Shown: piece after piece, positions 56,351 through 64,000 of the stretch | Numbering within the stretch: the stretch's first letter is position 1 | Layout: each line of letters opens with the position of its first letter | DNA from: Paludibacteraceae bacterium | GTDB lineage: Bacteria; Bacteroidota; Bacteroidia; Bacteroidales; Paludibacteraceae | Length of the DNA: 64,000 nt | Direction: 5' to 3' | NCBI GenBank assembly: GCA_016285885.1 | Contig: JAEERP010000003.1 | Span: 127,510-191,509, forward strand | The notes under the pieces: generated by a model | What the model was told of the DNA's origin: nothing | The model's input: only the letters and a program-made list of their open reading frames with translations | Database searches by the model: none | Position numbers and translations under genes: made by a program

Positions 56351-59300
56351 ATGTGGATAAAAAAATATATTACTGGATTTTTGGGTGCGATATTTATATC
56401 GTTGGGAGCCTCTTCTCAGGATATCTTCATCGACGGAGCAAGCAGCTCATTGGGAGGATTTATCTGTGGCGAATCGCACACCATCCAATTATCGGATCCG
56501 CAGACGTGGGGCATCACCTTCACATCCCCCTATTGCCTATGGCAACGATCGGACAATAATGGCACATCATGGCAGAACATCGTCGAGAGCGGGACGAACA
56601 CCACCTCTATCGATGTGGTCAACTACGACGGCACGAAACAACTATACCGAGTCATCATTGGCGAATCGGAAACGGTTGCGAGCGATTACGCCAGATATGG
56701 CGTCGCGACTGGAGTGATTTCGGTGCCCAACTTCGTCAGCATGCAATGCGACCCTACCATCTGTGGCGATGGAGAGAACCGCCTTGTGGTTTGGAAGGAG
56801 GACTTCAAGAGCGTGCCGAGGGGCGAAAGAAGAGAGTGCGCAGATGTAAGAACTAGAAAATTCGCGGGACGATACAACACGAGTTCCAGTACAAATATAG
56901 GCGACAGCTGTTATGCCATCGTATCCCACTCGGAAGATGGTTCTACCCCATCATACAATTGGTTCTCCGGTGGCACAGACCATACCGGCAACAAGGATGG
57001 TGGCTTCTTATTGATCAACAACCCAGACAAGTTGCGGAATAAACACGAACTCATCTTCGAGAAAAAGATCGATTTTGACTTATGTTCCGACACATGGTAC
57101 TATTTTTCCATGTATGCCATGTGCGTCACGGGTGGCTTCATCAGAAACCCCAATTCCTCTGGCGCCTATCCGAATTTCTTGTTCGAAATCATTGGAGAAG
57201 ACGGAACCACGGTTTTGGCGTCTAATCAGTCAGGGGAGGTCCCCGTTTCAGTCTATGGTATTTCAACATGGATCAACTATGGCGTCAGTTTTAATTCGGG
57301 GAACAATCGGAACGTGACGCTACGGATCTATGACGATGCGGAAAAGGGTGTGGGTGGCGACGATATGGCCATCGACGACATATCACTGATCGCTTGCGAA
57401 AAGCCTATTCCGGAGGCTATCCTCAGCGTCGGCCAGGAGCAGGACAAGGAGGGAATCTGCGGCGAAACCGCACAGCTAACGCTATCAGACATGTCAAAAT
57501 GGGAGGCCTTGCTGCCTGACGTTTACTGTGTCTGGCAAACCTCCGATGATGGCGGGGCCACATGGACCAACATGCCGGAAAGCGGCGAGAAGGTCTACTC
57601 CGTCGAGGTGCCTTTCCAAAAGTCGGCCGTGGGCATGCGCTACCGTGTGATCATCGCAAAGGACCAAACCTCCGGACTATTCATCGCGGACCACGGTTTT
57701 TCGGACGATGCCTGCTCCCTCTACAAAATCAGCAATGTCTCCACGCTCACTTGCCACTGCGAGACGCCTCAAATATCCGTCACCGCCAGCAGCTCATTTT
57801 TCTGCACGGACCCGGTAGAACTCTCCGCCATAGTGAACAATGGTGTGACGGCGGATAGCATCTCATGGAGCCAACAGGACGTCAGCACAGGGGATTGGGT
57901 CGCCATCGCAGGCCAACAGGGGTCTTCCATCTCTGTTCTCGACCAAATAGAGAGACACTATTGCGCCGTGGCTTGGAATGACACCTGCCATTCCGACTCG
58001 GTGTTCATCACGATAAAAGAGAGCCACACGGACAGTGTGCCGCTAAAAATAACAGGAGATGGAACAATCTGCGAGAATGGCTCGACGACGCTCATCCTGA
58101 CGGGCAACGCCCTCGATCAAATCACCTGGATGAAGAGGGAGGAGGGGGAGAGTGACTTCTCTCCTTTGGGTGCCGCTGACGCTCCGCAGGCAACGGTCAG
58201 CCCAAGTAAGACCACCTACTACCGCGCAGAGTCCGCCGGCCTCCCCGGCCAGTGTATCCAAGGCATCTCCGACACGTTCACCGTGAAGGTGGATGTCCCT
58301 GCCACACTCACCCTCGCATCATCCGCCAATGCGGTCTGCGTGAACGATAACGTGACCCTCTCGGCAAGCTATGGCACAGCCACCGCCATCGTCTGGGAGA
58401 AGAAGGAGGAGGGCGAAACCGCCTTCGCGGACTTCTCCACCGACCTTGCCCAACAGCAGGTTGTCAACCCTGCGCACAAGACCACCTACCGCATCCGCTC
58501 CGCACAGAACAACGCTTGTCCAGAGAGCTATTCGGACGAGGTGACCGTCTCCACGGAAGATTCCCTGCGGGTCTCTGTAGAGCCTATCCAAACGACACTC
58601 TGCGAAGGAACGGCGGTAAGCCTGAAAGCCTCCGTCACGGGTACGCCCGCTTCCGTCACGTGGGAGAAGCAGGTGGGCGGACAGACCTCCGTCCTGGCTA
58701 ACGACAAGGAGACCACAGACACGCCTACCCAATCTTGCGAATACACGGTGACAGCAGCCGGTCAACTCTGCCCGGACGCTACCCAAAGCCTCTCCGTCAC
58801 AGTGGGCAACAAAGCATCGCTAACCTTGAGCGCCTCCGCCAATGCGGTCTGCGTGAACGATAATGTGACCCTCTCGGCAAACTATGGCACCGCAACCGCC
58901 ATCGTCTGGGAGAAGAAGGAGGAGGGTGAAACCGCCTTCGCGGACTTCTCCACCGACCTCATCCAACAGCAGGTTGTCAACCCTGCGCACAAAACCACCT
59001 ACCGCATCCGCTCCGCACAGAACAATGCTTGTCCGGAGAGCTATTCGGACGAGGTGACCATCACCACGGAAGACTCCCTGCGGGTCTCTGTAGAGCCTAT
59101 CCAAACGACACTCTGCGAAGGCACGGCAGTGAGCCTGAAGGCATCCGTCACGGGTACGCCCGCATCCGTCATGTGGGAGAAGCAGGTGGGCGGACAGACC
59201 TCCGTTTTGTCCAATGACAAAGAGGCCACAGACACACCTAACCAATCTTGCGAATACACGGTGACGGCAACCGGACAGTTCTGCCCGGATGCTACCCAAA

Positions 59301-61861
59301 ACCTCTCCGTCACAGTGGACCACCAAGCATCGCTAACCCTAAGCGCCTCCGCCAATGCGGTCTGCGTGAACGATAATGTGACCCTCTCGGCAAGCTATGG
59401 CACCGCAACCGCCATCGTCTGGGAGAAGAAGGAGGAGGGCGAAACCGCCTTTGCGGATTTCTCCACCGACCTCATCCAACAGCAGGTTGTCAACCCTGCG
59501 CACAAAACCACCTACCGCATCCGTTCCGCACAGAACAACGCTTGCCCGGAGAGCTATTCGGACGAGGTGACCATCACCACGGAAGACTCCCTGCGGGTCT
59601 CTGTAGAGCCTATCCAAACGGCACTCTGCGAAGGCACGGCGGTGAGTCTGAAGGCATCCGTCACGGGTACGCCCGCATCCATCACGTGGGAGAAGCAGGT
59701 GGGCGGACAGACCTCCGTTTTGGCCAATGACAAAGAGGCCACAGACACGCCAACACAGTCTTGCGAATACACGGTGACGGCAGCTGGTCAGTTCTGCCCG
59801 GACGCTACCCAAAGCCTCTCCGTCACAGTGGATCACCAGGCATCGCTAACCCTAAGCGCCTCCGCCAATGCAGTCTGCGTGAACGATAATGTGACCCTCT
59901 CGGCAAGCTATGGCACGGCGACCGCCATTGTCTGGGAGAAGAATGAGGAAGGCGAAACCGTCTTCGCGGACTTCTCCACCGACCTCACCCAACAGCAGGT
60001 AGTCAACCCTGCGCACAAAACCACCTACCGCATCCGCTCCGCGCAGAACAACGCTTGTCCGGAGAGCTATTCGGACGAGGTGACCGTCTCCACGGAAGAC
60101 TCCCTGCGCATGAACCTTCAACCTATCGCAGAGACAGTCAAGGAAGGGAATAGTGTTAGCCTCAAGGCAAACATTGCCCAGGGCACCCCGACCTCGTTCA
60201 CATGGGAGAAGGAAACCGACTCAGGGAAGAGCACGTTAGGCACCCAATACGAGGAGACTGACACGCCAAGCGAAAACAGCACCTACATCGCCACCGTCCA
60301 TGCGGCGTATTGCCCTGAGGTGACCCTTAGCCAAAGCATCATCTTCAAGCCACTGATTATCCTTAGCCTATCGTCCGCAGTGGATACGATATGCGAAGGC
60401 GAGGAAGTGGTGCTCACCGCCAACTATGGAGTGGCAGAGGGTATTGCATGGGAAAAACAGGAGGAGGGATCCTCTGGTTACGAGGAATTCGCCACTGACT
60501 TAACCACGCAGAAGAATGTGACACCAATGGTGACAACCCGCTACAGAATACGCTACACAGGAGATGATGTGGTCTACTCCAACGATATCACCATCCATGT
60601 GATGAAACAAGTTGAAGTCGAACTTACAGGAGACGAGTCCACATGCAAGGGAAGTGACTATACCATTAACTTCCGCATAAAGAACGGGCAGGATGTATCA
60701 TCCGTCATCCTATACGAATCCGTCAATGGAGAGATCGTCAACCGGGAAAAGATTGAAGGATATAGTTCTGGCGACTATAATGGGTCCTCCCTCTATACAC
60801 TTCAAGATGAGACAACCTTCAGTTTGAAAGCCACTTCCCAATATTGTCCTGAGAAGGAGGTGACCCACACCGTAAAAATCGACACGGTCCCTACCCTCTA
60901 TGAACTGACCGCTTCGGCAGACTCGATCTGTAGGGGTGACCTTGTGGAGCTCTCCACAGACTTCCCATTCTCCGCGAACAATCTGTTGCTATCCGCGACA
61001 TCCGTCACAACGGGTCACCCGGAGGAGATCTACATGGCTTCCGACAAGGAGAGTTTCAATCCAGATGAGACCACCAACTACACCCTTATCCCACGCACGG
61101 AGAAGGGGTGCATAGGGGAAAAGAAGGAACTCACCATCCATGTGTTCGAGCCAACGGAAGGCACGACGAAGGACACGATGATCTGCATCGGGGAGCGCGC
61201 CTTCCTGCGTGTGAATGATGGTGCTGCTGACAACCGATATGTCTGGTCCACCTCCCCTGAATTCACCGATACCATCGCCATAGGCAACAGACAGGAGGTG
61301 TTCCCGGAAGAGACTACCACCTACTACGTGAAGGCGACAAACGGTACGTGCGAAAAGCAACTAGAGCAGACGATACACATTGCGCCACAACCTAATATTA
61401 TCGTGAATCAGGAAGAGGCGCAGATCATCACCCTCGAAGGGGAAGGCGGGACAGCCCCTTATCTCTTCGACTTGGGCTCTGGATTCGAACAAACAAACAC
61501 AATCACACCGGTGGTTTCCGGCTGGACCTATACAGCCAGGGTCAAAGACGAGATGGGCTGCGTCAGCGAAATGACCTTCGTGGCGGAACGTCATGATCTG
61601 ATTATCCCTGAATACTTCACACCTCAGGGCGATGGAACCAACGACACATGGAAGATCATCAACTTGAATAGATATGCCAACGTGAGAGTATCCATCTTCA
61701 ACCGATTCGGCAAGAAACTATTCGAGTCGACAGACCCTGAGCAAGAGTGGGACGGAACATACAATGGCTATGCCTTGCCTTCGGAGGATTATTGGTATAT
61801 CATCAACCTTTATGACACAAGGGTAACATACAAGGGTCATTTCACGTTAATACGAAACTAA
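56351..61861 (+). CDS. 1836-aa Ig-like-repeat surface protein / adhesin with a T9SS type-B (gliding-motility-associated) C-terminal sorting domain
   Basis: Signal peptide ITGFLGAIFISLGASSQ. Many ~85-aa Cys-containing Ig-like modules. C-terminus IPEYFTPQGDGTNDTWKI...IFNRFGKKLF...WDGTYNG...YWYII...GHFTLIRN. Confidence 0.9.
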   Translation: MWIKKYITGFLGAIFISLGASSQDIFIDGASSSLGGFICGESHTIQLSDPQTWGITFTSPYCLWQRSDNNGTSWQNIVESGTNTTSIDVVNYDGTKQLYRVIIGESETVASDYARYGVATGVISVPNFVSMQCDPTICGDGENRLVVWKEDFKSVPRGERRECADVRTRKFAGRYNTSSSTNIGDSCYAIVSHSEDGSTPSYNWFSGGTDHTGNKDGGFLLINNPDKLRNKHELIFEKKIDFDLCSDTWYYFSMYAMCVTGGFIRNPNSSGAYPNFLFEIIGEDGTTVLASNQSGEVPVSVYGISTWINYGVSFNSGNNRNVTLRIYDDAEKGVGGDDMAIDDISLIACEKPIPEAILSVGQEQDKEGICGETAQLTLSDMSKWEALLPDVYCVWQTSDDGGATWTNMPESGEKVYSVEVPFQKSAVGMRYRVIIAKDQTSGLFIADHGFSDDACSLYKISNVSTLTCHCETPQISVTASSSFFCTDPVELSAIVNNGVTADSISWSQQDVSTGDWVAIAGQQGSSISVLDQIERHYCAVAWNDTCHSDSVFITIKESHTDSVPLKITGDGTICENGSTTLILTGNALDQITWMKREEGESDFSPLGAADAPQATVSPSKTTYYRAESAGLPGQCIQGISDTFTVKVDVPATLTLASSANAVCVNDNVTLSASYGTATAIVWEKKEEGETAFADFSTDLAQQQVVNPAHKTTYRIRSAQNNACPESYSDEVTVSTEDSLRVSVEPIQTTLCEGTAVSLKASVTGTPASVTWEKQVGGQTSVLANDKETTDTPTQSCEYTVTAAGQLCPDATQSLSVTVGNKASLTLSASANAVCVNDNVTLSANYGTATAIVWEKKEEGETAFADFSTDLIQQQVVNPAHKTTYRIRSAQNNACPESYSDEVTITTEDSLRVSVEPIQTTLCEGTAVSLKASVTGTPASVMWEKQVGGQTSVLSNDKEATDTPNQSCEYTVTATGQFCPDATQNLSVTVDHQASLTLSASANAVCVNDNVTLSASYGTATAIVWEKKEEGETAFADFSTDLIQQQVVNPAHKTTYRIRSAQNNACPESYSDEVTITTEDSLRVSVEPIQTALCEGTAVSLKASVTGTPASITWEKQVGGQTSVLANDKEATDTPTQSCEYTVTAAGQFCPDATQSLSVTVDHQASLTLSASANAVCVNDNVTLSASYGTATAIVWEKNEEGETVFADFSTDLTQQQVVNPAHKTTYRIRSAQNNACPESYSDEVTVSTEDSLRMNLQPIAETVKEGNSVSLKANIAQGTPTSFTWEKETDSGKSTLGTQYEETDTPSENSTYIATVHAAYCPEVTLSQSIIFKPLIILSLSSAVDTICEGEEVVLTANYGVAEGIAWEKQEEGSSGYEEFATDLTTQKNVTPMVTTRYRIRYTGDDVVYSNDITIHVMKQVEVELTGDESTCKGSDYTINFRIKNGQDVSSVILYESVNGEIVNREKIEGYSSGDYNGSSLYTLQDETTFSLKATSQYCPEKEVTHTVKIDTVPTLYELTASADSICRGDLVELSTDFPFSANNLLLSATSVTTGHPEEIYMASDKESFNPDETTNYTLIPRTEKGCIGEKKELTIHVFEPTEGTTKDTMICIGERAFLRVNDGAADNRYVWSTSPEFTDTIAIGNRQEVFPEETTTYYVKATNGTCEKQLEQTIHIAPQPNIIVNQEEAQIITLEGEGGTAPYLFDLGSGFEQTNTITPVVSGWTYTARVKDEMGCVSEMTFVAERHDLIIPEYFTPQGDGTNDTWKIINLNRYANVRVSIFNRFGKKLFESTDPEQEWDGTYNGYALPSEDYWYIINLYDTRVTYKGHFTLIRN
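58300..60108 (+). repeat. 3.5 tandem copies of a 513-bp (171-aa) unit inside the adhesin gene
   Basis: The anchor TCCGCCAATGCGGTCTGCGTGAACGATAA recurs at 58322, 58835, 59348 and 59861 (one mismatch in the last copy). The period is exactly 513 nt. Only scattered substitutions separate the copies. Confidence 0.95.
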
Positions 61862-61881
61862 GAAATTATAGAAAAATTATT

Positions 61882-62277
61882 ATGGAATATATCTTTGAAT
61901 ACGAATTTGAGGTGCGCGACTACGAGTGCGATGTGCAGGGTATTGTAAATAACGCTAATTATCAGCATTATATGGAGCATGCGAGGCACCGCTACATCCA
62001 GACGATCGGTTTAGACTTCATGGAGCTGACCAACGCCGGGGTCATCCTCGTCGTCGCAAAGGCTGAGCTGCAATACAAGCAACCGTTGAAGAGCAACGAC
62101 AAGTTCGTCTGCCGCCTCAACGTGAAGAAGGAGGGTATCCGTTATGTTTTCTATGAGGATATTTACCGTCTATCCGACAATAAGCTTTGTACACAAGGTA
62201 AATTCGACATCGTCTCCGTCATCAATGGCAGACTAAAGACTTCGGAGATCGTCGACAAGGCACTCTTCGGTGAATAA
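61882..62277 (+). CDS. Acyl-CoA thioesterase, YbgC / 4HBT hotdog family
   Basis: 131 aa. FEVRDYECDVQGIVNNANYQHYMEHARHRYI. Confidence 0.85.
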   Translation: MEYIFEYEFEVRDYECDVQGIVNNANYQHYMEHARHRYIQTIGLDFMELTNAGVILVVAKAELQYKQPLKSNDKFVCRLNVKKEGIRYVFYEDIYRLSDNKLCTQGKFDIVSVINGRLKTSEIVDKALFGE

Positions 62278-62290
62278 TTAGTTATTACGA

Positions 62291-64000
62291 TTAACTATCT
62301 GATTGATCCTTCTCCTTCTTCTGCGAAGGAGGATAGCCGAAGTATTCCTTGTACTTACGGCTGAAGTAGTATGGGCTGCTGAAGCCAGTCGTGAAGGCCA
62401 CCTCCTTGACCGGCAAGTTCGTGGTCCGCAACATCTCGTCCGCCTTCTTCAAGCGATGGACACCGATCATCTCTACCGGTGTCTGCTCCGTCAGCGGTTT
62501 CAGCCTACGGATGAGGGTGGATTTACTGGTGGACATCTCCTTGGCCAACTCCTCCACAGAGAACTCCGGGTTCATATAGTTGCGTTCTATCACCTCCATC
62601 ACCTGCGCCATGAACGGGTCAACAGCAGGTTGTTGCGGTGAATCCTCCACTGCCTCCTTCTCCTCTGTAGGCTCGTTACTGATAGCGGTCTCCGTGATCA
62701 CCACCGGACGCTTCATCCTTCCATATACCCAATAAAGCAAGGCCAGCAGGGAGAGCACCACTAAGGTGATGAACCACCACGAGCGCCACCATACCGTCGA
62801 GACGATGATCGTCATGTTCAGTTGGGTCGCATTCTTTTCATTACCAGCCTTATACACAGATAATTCCAACTCATATTTTCCAGAAGGAAGATGATCCAGC
62901 ACCACGTCCCGCTTTCCTCCCAACTCTTTCCAATCGTCGTTCCAACCCTTCAGGCGGTAGCGGCACACAACATCCATTCCGGAAAGGGAGACCACATCGA
63001 AGGATATGCGCGTCTCCACATTTTCTCCATCCAAGCGTAACCTGTCCTTGCGCAGTTCCAACATGTTCCATTGTCCGTCCTCTTTCTTCCCGATCGCTTG
63101 GGTCCACGCCAAGAAATCGATTTTCCCGGAAGAGCCCATCTCGCTTGGATTCAACGTGATGAAACCATTCGCGCAGCCAAAAAACACATTACCCTTGGAG
63201 CTTTCGTATATCGCACGAGGCTGGAAGAAAAGTTTTCCATACTTATCCACAGGGAGCGGAATCATCCTAAACGTCCGTTCCTTCAAGTTCACCCGATAGA
63301 TGCCCGCCGTACCGTCACACCATAGGAACCCCTGTCTATCGAAGTAGACAGAGACATACTTCGCCGTAGGAAGATAATCCAAAAGGGTCAGCGCCCCAGT
63401 CTGTTTGGAGACCTCGATGATTCCGTAGTTGGAGGCGACGAGGAGATTCCCCTCCCCATCGCAGGCCCCATCGACGAATATGCATAGCTCCGATGCGTTC
63501 GGATCGTTCTTCCATGCATAGAAACGCATTCCCGTGCTGTCGCATCGCCAGGCGTTATAAGGAGAAAGCACCCACATCGTACCATCCGGCGCCTCTTCCA
63601 TATCATCGATCCATAGGTCAGTAACCTCATCATTCACCACAAAGGATTTCTTCTCCCATACCCCATCCGCTTGGCGCACGTAGACACCATCGCCTTGCGT
63701 GGCGACCCATATATCTCCGTTACGCATGTGGCGCACGCATTTGGAGCTATTGACCGTATTTTCCAATCCATCGTACTTGAGGGGAGAGACCCTGCCATCC
63801 GCCGAAACGACCCCGATGCCGCCGAACCAAGAGGAAACCAACGATTCGCCCCCCCTCCAACGACAAAAGGAGAGGATGCTCCTTCCCATGCAGGAGAAGC
63901 CATCCAGGTTTTGCATGAACTTCCCTTCGCCCGACACCAGGTAGGCGCCAGAGCCATCCGACCCCACGAATATATTACCATCAGGACGTTCCATAAAACA
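62291..64000 (-). CDS. Membrane-spanning sensor-regulator: periplasmic beta-propeller repeats + Y_Y_Y domain + TM helix + AraC-type HTH (N-terminus beyond the window)
   Basis: The frame stays open through 64000. YRLKGWNDDWKELGG...LPSGKYELELSV (Y_Y_Y), TM WWFITLVVLSLLALLYWVY, C-terminal AraC HTH TGFSSPYYFSRKYKEYFGYPPS. Confidence 0.85.
   Translation of the reverse strand, partial: CFMERPDGNIFVGSDGSGAYLVSGEGKFMQNLDGFSCMGRSILSFCRWRGGESLVSSWFGGIGVVSADGRVSPLKYDGLENTVNSSKCVRHMRNGDIWVATQGDGVYVRQADGVWEKKSFVVNDEVTDLWIDDMEEAPDGTMWVLSPYNAWRCDSTGMRFYAWKNDPNASELCIFVDGACDGEGNLLVASNYGIIEVSKQTGALTLLDYLPTAKYVSVYFDRQGFLWCDGTAGIYRVNLKERTFRMIPLPVDKYGKLFFQPRAIYESSKGNVFFGCANGFITLNPSEMGSSGKIDFLAWTQAIGKKEDGQWNMLELRKDRLRLDGENVETRISFDVVSLSGMDVVCRYRLKGWNDDWKELGGKRDVVLDHLPSGKYELELSVYKAGNEKNATQLNMTIIVSTVWWRSWWFITLVVLSLLALLYWVYGRMKRPVVITETAISNEPTEEKEAVEDSPQQPAVDPFMAQVMEVIERNYMNPEFSVEELAKEMSTSKSTLIRRLKPLTEQTPVEMIGVHRLKKADEMLRTTNLPVKEVAFTTGFSSPYYFSRKYKEYFGYPPSQKKEKDQSDS

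Noticed and set aside
58319-60121. A series of 89-168-aa minus-strand ORFs and ~62-aa plus-strand ORFs that recur about every 513 nt.
   Set aside because: They only echo the tandem repeat inside the adhesin gene. They are out-of-frame or antisense, and Arg/Gly-rich.

Overview
This is a 64-kb chromosomal segment that looks like Bacteroidota, probably Bacteroidales. The evidence is three proteins with type-A T9SS C-terminal sorting domains, one with a type-B domain, TAnnTTTG-type promoter boxes, many secreted glycoside hydrolases, and an AraC-type propeller/Y_Y_Y regulator.

The housekeeping backbone is thrC-hisH-hisF, thrA, gyrB, rpsT, xseA/xseB, tcdA and three tRNAs: Leu-CAG, Arg-CCT and Glu-TTC. 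Accessory blocks are interleaved with it:
- Two tandem serpins.
- An amidase-like / GT2 / DUF4922 operon.
- An AT-rich lectin-GH gene beside tRNA-Arg.
- A translationally coupled ACP-KS-CLF-DH-GT2 lipid or polyketide-like cassette.
- A giant GH51 protein.
- A patchy defence-like region at about 40.3-51.3 kb. It holds a DUF4143 ATPase flanked by palindromic repeats, a TM-anchored DMP19-like protein, an overlapping DUF262 / DUF262-DUF1524 / DUF1016 operon, an Abi_2 gene and a T5orf172 gene, all arranged around a GH94 phosphorylase.
- Two unrelated secreted hydrolases that share a duplicated upstream module of about 130-200 bp.
- An 1836-aa adhesin with 3.5 near-identical 513-bp tandem repeats.

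I saw no rRNA, CRISPR array, integrase or transposase. All family names come from motif recognition by eye. No database search was run.
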